DNA from: Ramazzottius varieornatus
Taxonomy: Eukaryota > Animalia > Tardigrada
Length of the DNA: 64,000 nt
Assembly (NCBI GenBank): GCA_001949185.1
Contig: BDGG01000001.1
Span: forward strand, 3,055,324-3,119,323
Direction of reading: 5' to 3'
Under the pieces are notes generated by a model. The model made no database searches. It was not told where the DNA came from and saw only the letters and a program-made list of their open reading frames with translations. Positions 1 through 11,600 of this stretch are shown here, piece by piece (positions within the stretch are counted from its first letter, which is position 1; each line of letters opens with the position of its first letter). Made by a program: the position numbers and the translations under genes.

Positions 1-1757
1 AGATCGCATTTCCTCATAGTAGGCCTTTTCCGCTACGCCACCAGCGAAAACGCTGTAGCAAGTGGTGGTGGTGACTGCCACCACGTTATCTTACCAGCGT
101 TACCATTGTTCGGCTCGGCCCCGCATGTACGAGTGGGACGTACGTGGTACAGTTCATGCCGTCGACATTTCAAATTTATATGTTTTCGCATTCATAACTT
201 TCCTTCTCCTGCTATCAACTTTTGCAGTCTTTCGCTCGTTTGTTAGAAACTTTCAAGTCCTCTATAGCATATTTTAGACTCTTTAGCAACAGCGTATAGC
301 ATCATGGATCAGCAACGAACAGCGCGTGCGCCTCCCAGAAGTAAGTATAACAGGTGAGCAAGCTAGAACTTCCAGTTTACTGGACCCATCCCCATATCAG
401 CAGCAGCCCAAATTTCAGAATGTTAAACGCCGTAACCCGAGCGTCCAACGCTGGGTTACGAGCCTTGTACTTAGGGTCCAAACCTAAATATTCTGTGCGT
501 GGATCTCATCGATCCATGAAAACTGAGTACCGCGCGGGGCCAAAATTCTAACAGGCCGTAGAACACAGGCGCTGGAGTCCAGAATAGTGGGCAGGAGCAC
601 CTGTCGCAGCGTCGCTCCCGAATGAGTATCACTTCTAGAATTGGAGTGATGATCATTCGAATTTAGCAGTGTGTTAGTTTTGATGATCAGCTGTGTACTT
701 TGGTAGATGTTTTTGGATAACTGCATTTACCTACTTTATTTGTGGGTATAAGCGCGGATGCAAAAATCAGGTTTTACCTCATACTAATATTCTTGGGCCA
801 GAATAACTTTCAGTCCGTCGAAGTTCGTACACGGCTTATTGCTTGGGATTCACGATCACTTCCTGCGTTCAAAAACTAGCTGATGATCCGCAACACGCTT
901 CTACCGCAAAAAAGACTCTTTTCGATATTTTGATATTTTGGTTAATTTTTGGACCGCTTCCCGAAGTGACACTCGAGAGGAATTATTCACTGCCCGCACC
1001 AGATATCCACCTTGACTTTCGAGATCATGATTAGTTCTTAAAGATTCGCTTTAGATATTCTGTGTGTTTTAACACGGTGCGTTCTACCAGGACTTTGGAA
1101 GTCTGGAACAAGGGGGCTACGGAGACATGGCAAGTTATTTCGCAGCTGGGTAAGCGCCACAACTCGGAAAATTATCGATGTCGCCGCGAAAACGGAATCA
1201 ACTTGCTCACTGTCCAAGTCGAAAATTCTGCTGTACCGGCAGCGTATTTTCCAAGACTTGCTCTGGATTCTTTAGAATCTATAGTCTGGAGATGGACATG
1301 AACGCCACTTCCGATGTGGACGAGCACGCTGACGGCCCAGTGACGGGTGACATAATGCCGCTTGTGACGTCACAAACGTGCGGGGCGAATCAGTGGTGCC
1401 ATCTGCACGTAGGAGCGGGCCTCTGACTCATTCATCACAAAAGTTTGGATGAGTCATTAGTTTGAGCGCCTGAGCGGAACACAAGGAACACACTGAACGG
1501 GCCCAAAATGTGGCAGTTGCGTTCCGTTATCGGGGAACCGAACGGCGCAGCCAGAGGAAAGAGAGGCCGAAAACAGCAAAGGCAGGCCAGAGAGAGGGAG
1601 ACCCGCAACGATCTGCTTGCTGCACCAGATTGTTCGCTGTTAAATTTTGCTACGGGAAAGTCTGACGATATTTCCACGGACTTTGATGCTTCTCGATGGT
1701 TTATCTGTGTTCTGCCCGGATAATTGGACTCACGATTTTTTTCTCTGAATTTTACCC

Positions 1758-4700
1758 ATGGTAGCCTCGACGGAATCTATGAATTGGTAAGTGGGGAAAG
1801 ATATAAACCGGAATTATAAAAATCTTTGATGTAATTTGGGTCTGTAGGCTCCGTTTAAACAATGGCGTCGATTGTCAGTTTGCTCCTCCTACATCTCCAA
1901 CACCGCAGCAGCACAACTGTATGGCCTTATCAGTTCCTAACGGCATGATAACCACGTTTGATCCAGGCGCCATCATGAAAAATGGCGAGCACGGGGAAAA
2001 GGGCATTTTTGCCGTACCTGCTGTTCCCAAAAAGACGATCGTCCTGCCGAGAAGACCGTCTTGCGCTCCACCATCTTCAGACTCCCTGCCAGCTGTGGTC
2101 AGGACAAAGAAGCCCATCTCGGAGGATATCATCCATGATCCGCTCCAGAGACCACCCATTGAGAATGGGCTAGGGAGCGAAGAGAGTAATACTGTCGAAG
2201 AAGTCAATCAAAAGCCAACAACCGATCAGCCTTCGTCGACAGACCCTCCCACCAGCACCACAACCCCCAAATCAGAGGAAGCCGTCTCAAACATGCTGGT
2301 ATCGATAGCTGGGATTCTTAGGAAAAGAAGTTCCGAGCGGATCAAGAACGTAGCTGGGCGATTTGGCCGACTAAACAGCTTTTACATCACGCGAGCTGTG
2401 GCAAATGCGCTGAAAGGAGGTAAGATCAATCAACAATCAATCTCTTACTTTCACCCGGATCGACTCGCGCGCGAGTTTTCGATGTTCGATCAAGTGGTGC
2501 AGTTTTGTAGTGAGCACGTAAATTATCCCACGGTGGCACAGCGTTTTTATACCTAGTAGGCCCGGGGATGCAAACGATTAATGACATACTGTGGCGCGAG
2601 TTGATCTGGTCACCGGGATTGTTTCGTATTTTAATTATATTCGATGTTTTATCGGCAGGAACGTCCATGTTTCACGACTTTCTGAACCGGGAAAGCTGTC
2701 GTCTTGACGCCAAACCATCGTCGCTCACTCCGACAGCACAGGATGGGTCGTCGAGGCGTTCTAGTCAGGAAGACTCGTCGACAATCTCATCCAAGCCTGA
2801 ATCGGACAAACTTTCCACCGACTCGTCGGTTCACTCCGCCGTTTCGAAGGAAGAGATGAAAGCCAAGACTTCATCGCAGCTAATGGAGTTTGTCAAGAGG
2901 GTGGAGAGTAACCAGCGACGAGAAGCATTTGAGAAGGAATCTCGGCCAGCATACCTTCTCAACCTCACCAAAAGCCAAAGTGCCGAAAGATCAGCAAAGT
3001 ACTCCTCTGTCGCGCAGCATCTCATACGGGCTGTCGATCGAGCCACTAACCTTGATCCCTACAAGACAGACAGCTCCTCCGGTGGAGAAAGCGCTGATGA
3101 GGCAGAGAGTGACTTGTTCAGACAGGAACTCGAACCTGACCATTTCATACCCATGTAGGTCGTTAGCTCCCGTTCACGAATGTTTCTTGTCTCGACCCGA
3201 CCCGACCCGAACAAGAAACATCTAGCATCTTTTTGCGTGTAAAGTTTATGATTCATCGTATTTGATTTTTGTTTTGTTTTTAGAGAGCAACGTTCACTGC
3301 ATCGGTACGCCACTTCTCGTCATGCCATTGGAACTCGCTATTCCTTTGCTCATCGGCAGCTGGCTCGTATGGAATACAGCTACCAAGTAGTCTGTAATCT
3401 CCTCCTCAGACTACAGCAGAAGCAAGGTACAGTAATATTTCGGAGCTCGACAAACAAACTCGACAAGATTGTTTTCCCAAGTGATGCACCGGTTCAGTGT
3501 TACTGGCCAAAAGCGTGCGCCACTTTGGAAAACGATGTGTTTGTTTTGTTTGCCTTGTCCAATTTTGACTGTGCTGTTCGGATAAGTTAGCTCGTAGAGC
3601 TTGTCATACAGTATACGATTTGGTCTTAGTTCAGTTTTTTTAGTTTGGGCATTTTGAAAATTGAAGGTCTGCTTTTAGGTGTCGCAGTGTTCTCCGATGT
3701 CCCCACGGAAGATAACGGTAAATCGAGCACCAAGCCTGCAGCTCCTGCCCTTCACAAAGAGGCAATTCCGCGCTCGTGGGACGATAGGGAAGTGGTTGCT
3801 ATCAACAAGACTCCTCACTGTACTGCGACACTTCGGTTACCCACACCGAAGAGCGCATCCGGATTGTCCCTGCATCCATGCGCAGGTATGGTGAGGAGAA
3901 GGCCGAAGATATCGGCACCTAACTTTGGCCTCAACTACGATCACGAAACATACGAAGCCACCATGTGGAAGGAACGTCTCTCGTCGGGCAAGTTTGCTGC
4001 CGTGGAGGATACTGACGAAGAGGAGGATATAGATGAATTCATTCCGCTGGACGACGCCAAGGAAGAAAGCAAGGAGAAAGAACTCACCGAGAATGTTCAT
4101 CCTTCCTCCAGAGGCTGTGCCAAAGCCAGACCGCTGATTGCTTTCCGAAAGCGATCGGTCGTCTCACTCAACTGTAAGTCAGACCGAAATACTAGGGGGA
4201 CATCGAAAGATCGAATCGTCTTTCCATGTAGCGCCCCCTCCAGCCAATAACACTGAACACGTGCGCCACTTGGAACGATAAACCTTCTTTGCCGGCTGAC
4301 AAATACAGTATCTTGGAAATTCTTGGCTCGAAGATTTATACTGTAACGCTCGTGGTGACGTGTGGTCCTGCCATATTGCCGCAAGGTTTGATGTGGTGGG
4401 ATGGTCGGCCGAATGGAGCTGCCTTTTTTATGCGGTATATTCCACGCTGAGCGTCAGAGATCAATCCTGTCCCCGCGGCTTCACAAGAGGCCGCAGTGTG
4501 GACGGACTGTCGTATATTCCTATTTTTCTCTGTAATAGCTCTTAGGGGCGATGATCAGGGAGAAAGACCACGCGATCGACAAAGCAAATGAAACTGATTT
4601 TTTTCTTCTTCCAGGTTATCCACCAAGAAGGCGCCAACAGGAACACAGCCTAGTTCGCTGCGAGTGCTACATTCGTTCGATGATGCCAGACGTCATCGGA

Positions 4701-6379
4701 CCTGTGAGCTGTGCTGTGTGCATGGGACAACTTGGAATGCCAGCGTGGACGGAAAGAGTGACTCTACTACATTTAACACCAGAAGAAGCGCTGGACAGAA
4801 TGGACCCTACCTACCACCCACGCTTGTCCCTCCCTTCGAATCGGACACTCGACATTCTTCTTGCGGGTGTCTCGATGGACTTTGACCCGCAGAAGTTCCC
4901 CAACCAACTGGAGCAAGTCAAGCCACGGTAAGATTCGAACTTGAAGATCGAAGCATGAACTCATGTAATCTGTAATTTCGACGAAACTAGACACCATTTT
5001 TTTTTCATAAAGTCGTTCGTAGTTGCGATGGACCTTCGCTTGAGTTTTTCTTCGCCGGTAATTTTTTGACGTTTAACAAACTTAAGTATTTGTTGCTGTT
5101 GTAGAATGACAAAGCGGGCAAAGTACCTGGCGCTGATGAAGCGGAAGGCTGAACTGGTGAAAGCTATCAGGAAGCAGGAAGAAGAGATCCGCTCAGAGAA
5201 GGAGAAGATTCTCAGAGCCAAGCTTGGACCTGAGTTAATCGAGAAGAAGAAAAAGCCATCAAAGAACATCGTTCGGGAAAACTCGATTTCCGGCAAGCCG
5301 AAATCTTCAGCAGCACGTCCTCGACCCTCCAAGACTCCTGGTGGTAAGGATCTTCAAACTTCTTTCGTTATAGTCGCAGTGCCAGGCGGAAGTCATGATG
5401 TTTGCTTGTTTCAGGGAACCGTAAGAGACCTCGGCTTGAGTCTTCGGAATCGTCAAGTTCGGGAACCGAATCAATCAGTAGCAAGTCTACTAGCAGGACC
5501 CGATCAACCAGTGTCGGATCAACCGACTTGTCGAAACCCATCTCTAGACGTAAGTACTGTCTTCGCCGTTAGCTTTTCTCAGGTTATTAGGATTGATAGG
5601 AAGATTAGCATGAAACCTGGAGCTTATGCTTATTGCGTTCTTGAAGATAGGAGTCCTGATAGTTGCGTTTGTGTTATGCAGGTGGTGTCACTCGTCTCAA
5701 TTCTACCGCAAGTCAAAGTGGCCAGCCGAGGAAGAGGAAAGACACGACCAGCGATCTTTCTCAGTTTGTCGTGCCTTATGGCATGACTGCTCCCACCAAG
5801 ATCGAGAAGATTCAGTATAAGGAGATCGTCGTGCCAAAGTTCCGAGACCTGAAAATCAAGGTAGAAACACCGGACGAGGTGTCCATCCTGAAGAAGCCCG
5901 TTGAAGAAGCCGACTCTGGCTCCGAAGAAGACCTGACCGACGAACACTTTACCGAGCGCCACATCATCTGTGAAGTGGAAGAACGTAACCGCTTCAGTCT
6001 TCCGGAGAAGAATCCTCGACGGAAGAACCAGTGGACAAAGAAGCCCTCGGCCGAAGAAGAGCACATCAAAGATGTTGACGCCGAGAACAACGTCGAAGGC
6101 GCATTACTTCCGGTCGGCGAAGACGGTCTGGTGATTAAAGTTCCACCGTCTGCGAGAAAGAGCAGCAAGAAGTCATCGAAAGGTAAAAATCCCAACTCCC
6201 GATCGAGGTTAAAGCGTTCTTCGAATAGAAACTCGGGGGAGAGGCCCAAAGCTGCGAGGCCGAGGAAGACCCAAGAGCAGATCAACGCCCAGTATCCACC
6301 TCGACAAGAACGGCCTGTGCGGACGAGAAGAAGTACCTTCAGGGGAACGCCGGACCCCGAGAAGAGTAACGACGCTTGA
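1758..6379 (+). CDS. KANSL1: KAT8 regulatory NSL complex subunit 1 (NSL1/KANSL1-like), multi-exon
   Basis: Exon 1 1758-1786 (TG|GTAAGT) joins exon 2 at 1848 in phase; 2419/2659 is also phase-compatible; later exon boundaries are approximate. KANSL1 motifs appear in order: DPYKTDSSSGGESADE, coiled coil RYSFAHRQLARMEYSYQ..LQQKQG, WIN-region GCAKARPLIAFRKRSVV, CAVC..DPTYHPRLSLP, and C-terminal PEHE domain (VVPYGMTAPTKIEKIQYKEIVVPKFR..EDLTDEHFTERHIICEVEERNRF). Stop at 6377-6379. Confidence 0.88.
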
Positions 6380-6915
6380 GTTGGGTGTTTTCGGTAGTTT
6401 TTTGGCTTTGAACATTGTTTTCGTCATTTTGTTTTGTCTGTTTTTGCTTCTTCTTCTTCGGCTTTCCGAATTGCACTTTCTTGCGAACTGACGTGCGATA
6501 TAACCCCATCCCCCATCACTCTCCTCAGTTGTTAGCTTCCCTAGAGGGTATCTCTTTATGGAATGCACTTGCAAGATATGCGTGGCTCCCTTCAGTACGA
6601 CGTGTATAATGAATTCAGGTAGTGGACGGTAGCTGCTTATTTTGCTTTGTATAAAATATACCCAAACCTTTTTTGTGTTACTGATATTGTTCCTTTGGAG
6701 GAGTGAATGAAACACTCATCTAATAATAAAAAAATAATCAAAAATGGACAAAAAGAAAATCGTCGAGTGCTGAACCGTGATCTGTTGTAGTCGTAATCTT
6801 ATCGGTTCCTGGCTTTCTCTGCACAAGTTTATACAGTACGATCGACGTTGGTCACTAGACAAATACATTTCGCCCAAACCTAGGTCAACATCGAGCTCTA
6901 CAGTTGTCCACAGCA

Positions 6916-6951
6916 TGACATCATACCGTTAACCTACGATAAAATTTATCG
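6916..6951 (+). promoter_or_regulatory. TGACATCAT (CRE/bZIP-like) plus inverted GATA pair upstream of His-rich gene 1
   Basis: TGACATCAT at 6916-6924; CGATAAA-A-TTTATCG at 6937-6951, ~250 nt before ATG 7197. The same pairing recurs upstream of the paralogue. Confidence 0.4.
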
Positions 6952-7196
6952 CCAACCGACAACGTTCTCCTCATGTCTTTCAAGTTCAGACCGTCCAACG
7001 TTCCTCGAGGTATCCGTATAGTCATCGCACTCTACCGTGACAGGGGAGGCATACCCTTCCGCAAATACACGGTAAACAGCCGTTGGGGGAGTGAATCGCG
7101 CATAAGTGCCTCAAAAGGTGGTAGCTCACTCAACTTTCTCGTGATCGGGGATAAAAGTCTTTCGTTTGGTTCTTCGTGGTTAAAGGTTCAGAAACC

Positions 7197-7469
7197 ATGG
7201 CCTACCATCATCAACCAGGATACCCAGCAGGTACCTATCCTCCAGGCTATGTTGCTGCTCCTGGACATGTGGTCTATCCAGCGGGGACCTATCATACTGG
7301 AGCCGTAGTCCACCACCACGTACCGCCACCGGTGCTAACCCACACCGTCGTCCACGACCATCATCATGGATACCACCACCACCACGGAATCGGCCACGGA
7401 CTTCTCCACGGTCTCTTCCACGGACATCATCATGGGCATCATAGCCACGGCCACCATCATCACCACTAA
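7197..7469 (+). CDS. Small His/Gly/Pro-rich orphan protein 1 (90 aa, 30 His)
   Basis: ACCATGG start context, uninterrupted ORF, YPAGTY twice, poly-His C-terminus; shares PGYPAGT and VVHH..PPP with the ORF at 8296. Confidence 0.8.
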   Translation: MAYHHQPGYPAGTYPPGYVAAPGHVVYPAGTYHTGAVVHHHVPPPVLTHTVVHDHHHGYHHHHGIGHGLLHGLFHGHHHGHHSHGHHHHH

Positions 7470-7946
7470 AATTCTACAAGGACCTAAATTTTTGGTTCCT
7501 TCGTGTCCCCTGGTTCTTTGAGTTATATATATATGCCTACCTATAATTGTGCGAATGACCTACAGTATATTACTTGAAGTTCGCAAGTACGACGTGTCGG
7601 ACGGGCGTTTTCATAGCAAAAGCTTCAAACCTTCTGAGCTAGCTGCTTATTCTTGTATGAAATGTCATAAAACGACAGATGTAAGAACCTCAATGTTTGA
7701 TATTCAATGTCAGTTGTAAGATATCTTCGCTCTTCAGCATGTTTTGAAATGTAAGTAGCTTTCAATTTGTAAGGTCCAAAAAACTATATGACAGCCATTG
7801 TTCAAGCGCGGGCAAGCAGGATTGGGAAAAGTCTCGAGCAGGTCCTTGCTCACACAAACACGCGTACGTTAGACGGCGGAAAGTAAACTTTCGCATTGTG
7901 GAATGAGTTCACAGAGTACCCGACGGGAACCCGGAACCTTTTGCTG

Positions 7947-8175
7947 TGACATCATCACTTTACTCAAGATATATACCACGACGTGTCTTCCAATGTACAA
8001 ATTAGCAAGATGATAAGAACCCTCTTATCTCACCCTCGAATGAAAGCAAACTTTCAACGCAAATATGACAACCATGTTCACGAAATTTCCCCTTGAAAGT
8101 CTGATAGAGGCTCGTGACAACCTTCGATATATGAACAACTGCAAAAGTTTGAGAAGGTCCTCACCAGTTATAAGA
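7947..8175 (+). promoter_or_regulatory. Upstream module of His-rich gene 2: TGACATCAT, inverted GATA pair, heat-shock element, TATA-like box
   Basis: TGACATCAT 7947-7955; GATAAGA-ACCC-TCTTATC 8012-8029; gTTCacGAAatTTCc 8076-8090 (three-unit nGAAn array); TATAAG at ~8169. Confidence 0.45.
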
Positions 8176-8295
8176 CTTTCTGAACATTGGCAGCCCGTCA
8201 TTTGACTTGCTTTCCGTTCATTTAAAGTGCCCTTTTATACCCCAAACGCGCTTTCGGTATTTTCTACATCTTTTCATCTTTATCCTAGTACAAGA

Positions 8296-8637
8296 ATGCC
8301 CCGCCACACTCATACAACAACCACGACCACGACCAATGTGCCGCCAGGTTATCCCGCGGGAACCACCATTGTCCACCATGGACCTCCGCCACCTCAGGCC
8401 CACGTTGTCCATCACACCCACGGACCGCCACCTCCCCAAGTTGTCCACCACAGCTATGGACGTCCACCGCCGACCCATGTAACGCATACCGTCTACACCC
8501 CCGCACCGCCACCTATGGTTCAGCAAACTACCACCGTTACGCATCATTCTCCATCGCTCGCTCGATCGGCTGCTACGGGCGCGGCAGTCGGGATCGGCAT
8601 CGGATTGGGTCTGGGACATCACAAGCGTCATCATTAG
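8296..8637 (+). CDS. Small His/Pro/Thr-rich orphan protein 2 (113 aa, 18 His), paralogue of 7197-7469
   Basis: ATG 8296 just after a pyrimidine-rich acceptor (..TTTATCCTAG, 8288). Contains PPGYPAGT, four imperfect VxHxxxGPPPP repeats, and C-terminal GAAVGIGIGLGLG-HHKRHH. Confidence 0.8.
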   Translation: MPRHTHTTTTTTTNVPPGYPAGTTIVHHGPPPPQAHVVHHTHGPPPPQVVHHSYGRPPPTHVTHTVYTPAPPPMVQQTTTVTHHSPSLARSAATGAAVGIGIGLGLGHHKRHH

Positions 8638-11600
8638 AGTCATCAAGCTCGTTGCTTCCGGATCAGGGAAAATTCACGTTATGCAATGCCAAATAACCTC
8701 CCATTTTCTCCGCTCTGCTGCAAAGTGTGCCCTAAGGCTAGCCTGTCCTGTTTTTTATTTCTGTCGCTCGGGATGAAAGTACCAGCCAATAGACTTTTCT
8801 GGCTTTATGCTTCCTGGTTCTTCGGTTACTCTCTGAGTATGAAATAAAATTTAAAAAATTCGTAGTGCATACTTCGTGGGCAGTTTTCTTCCTTCTTATC
8901 AAGGCAACAAGATTTGATCCTAGTTCGAGCACGCGTTTTCTCCGGTGTGGCAAGGGACAACGAAACTCTGCAGGTCAAGTACAGCCCATCTGTAGCAGCT
9001 GAATCCCACTGACCGTGAAGTATACAGCGCAAAGTACCGCATGACCGTGCCGTACTGTTTGTGAGCCCAGTAGAACTCAAATAAATTATACGACCGGAAG
9101 TGAGAGAGGCTGACACAATGCCCAAATTAGCCTGCTTGGCGACTATGGAGAGATTTCATCAGACCTCAAATTGGCCATGCCCTAGAGAATAAAGTCCGGA
9201 TTGGCATCTCGCATCGCGGCTGACTGTCCATATTTAATATATCGAAAATAAATTTTCTGGGTGGTCAACAGTACTCTCTGATGTCTCTCGACGCACATGT
9301 CTGCAGTTTATCGAGCAAGAAATCCCAAGTGACCAGCATTGGCCAACACTGCCCTCTGGTCGAAGCAGATGTACTTCTGCTTCAAGTTATAGTCAGACCG
9401 GAGCTACATCTTTCGAGCAAGTGGAAGAAACTGAGACTGAATGTGCGAGTAAATGCGGCAGGGGACCACGCCCAACTGTGTCTGAGCGCTCTTTGTCTGT
9501 GCTCTCCAACCTCAACATGGCAGCATGCTCGGTATAGATGAAGGGTATATGGGGAATCCAACGAGACATCACTGCCAAACCTGACCAGCAAGCATGATGA
9601 ATGGTTTGTCTTGATCTCCTTCTCTCGCAAATTCCAACGAACAATTCGCCTTCTGACTTCTAACCCACAACTCTTTCCTTCCATATCTGAGGCCAACTTT
9701 CCCCTGCCCAATCTAACCACCAAAGTGCTGGTCGTCTTGCGGTACTGGGAACTGCCTGACACAGTGTGATTTTACGAGCCTGTCTTTGTGCCTATATTGT
9801 GATATCCGGCCATGAGGAAATCATTGAAAGACAGACTTGGAATAACCGTAAATTAATTGTTTGGCCTAATTTTCTTCCTTGTCGGATGAACTAATGGATT
9901 TTCCACTTCCCGCATAGAAAAAGGTAGGATCATGTCAATAAACTGCTGTTCTTCGAAGAACAAAATAGTAGTTTTCAATTGAAAAAACGAATGTGAGAAA
10001 CTGGCAGTTGGACGGCGGTATACGTGGGCAAATAATAACAGTTCTATTGTTGACGAATGTTTCTTATCTTTTTTGTTAACGGCTGCAGGCTCTAACGACC
10101 TTGTTACACATTACAAAGTGACGAGTGGATTGTGAACTATGCATCTGTAACCACACCTTTTCATGGTGGCTACAGCGCTATTTCAACAGAAGGAGTCTGT
10201 ATGTTTGCTCAAGACAAAAAATAAATGGCAACGTGCTAATTCACCGGTGAGGTGCGAGACTGTTGAGGTGGCGGAGATGGCACTTACATGACAATGTTAC
10301 CGATTTTTTTATGACATCTGTTATTGGATACCTTGTTCCGCATGTTTAAGATATTTGAGATCAGTTTGCCCAGTTTGGCTTGTGTAGTTGTCTCGAGGAA
10401 GTAGAGGTTTGTGCGTTCTGCTCGAAACGCTGGTCGGATGGTGCGAATACCTGGTTAGTGTAACGGTGACGGTACTCCAGTTGGAGCAGGGATTCGACCC
10501 TGATCCCTTAGCGCATGCGCCTGGTCAGGAGAACAGTTAGAATGTGTCGCTTTAGACAAAGACTCTTGTAATCGTTTCGGGTGCTTATCGTATCAGGGGA
10601 TGCTGACGATGACTTACAAATAATCAAATGACTAATAATCTGGACGAACTCAATCGCTTTCTGTTGAGACTACATCGTTACTCTTGCGTGGCAGATGACT
10701 CTTCCCGGCACTGTGCCTGCTGATGCCAGTCAAAACTGTGGAGACGTGGGAAAAAATGTAAACAGCGATCTCTCTGATGGGCTCTTTCTGTTCTGGATCG
10801 AGGAACCCGATATGTGTGCTTCATGCAGTCAGAAAAGCGCAATATTTGCCCTAGATTAATTTTCACCGTGCGAAATGAAGTTTGCAGGTCTGTTGACTTG
10901 GAAAGCCGTTAGAGATTATGAAGAGTCGAGCTTATCGGAAAGACCTAATTTATCATATTGATTATCGATTATTTGTGGACAGGAAAAACATAGACCGCTG
11001 TGTGGTAGGGAAAATCCAATAAGCCGGCATGGATGTAAACGTAAGAGTAGTTCCTCATGTGCCACACAACATCCTGCTCCTTAAAGCTAGCTGCCTACAT
11101 TTGAAGTTTGCGAGAGGCGCACCGACAAAGTGGATTATTCTGTAACGGACCTGTGGTTAATATGGACCGCTCACGATACGAATTGCTCGTAACGCTTTCA
11201 TATTGAAATTGCCATTGAAGGATGAAAAGAAAGACAGAAGCCATCGGACGAGAATTCCAAGGGTGTAGAATCGGTTGGTTGAAGGAGAAAGAGCCAGTTA
11301 TAAATGCTGTTAAATTGGGTGGAGAAAAGTTAATGCAATTTCCTTGTTATTGAACATACTGAATTCCTCAACATTGTTATTGTTTAGTCGAAAACCACGT
11401 CCTCTCTTCTGTTTTCAGTAATATTATTCAGCAGCATGTTCAAATTATATCACAATATGGACCGCACGAAGCTGTTGGGTCCTTCACAGATGAGGAAAAT
11501 CAAACAGGTCCAAAGACTTTTGATGTCTTCCATAATGGTCAAATTTAGATCAATTAAGATGTTTCGCCGGAGTGACCGTTGTGGGAGGGCTACTTGGCCA

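Noticed and set aside
304-346. ATG-initiated mini-exon (MDQQRTARAPPR) with a perfect GTAAGT donor
   Set aside because: It is phase 1, incompatible with KANSL1 exon 2 (phase 2), and I found no convincing in-frame acceptor. It may be a 5' UTR exon or belong to an unresolved gene; not called.
9382-9762. 126-aa minus-strand ORF with a faint transposase-like HxxAH in an overlapping frame
   Set aside because: No other catalytic motifs, terminal repeats or target-site duplications visible.
10482-10565. tRNA/SINE-like segment (CAGGG-ATTCGA-CCCTG hairpin with B-box resemblance)
   Set aside because: The loop is 6 nt rather than 7, I could not fold an acceptor or anticodon stem, and there is no second copy in the window. 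tRNAscan-SE would decide.
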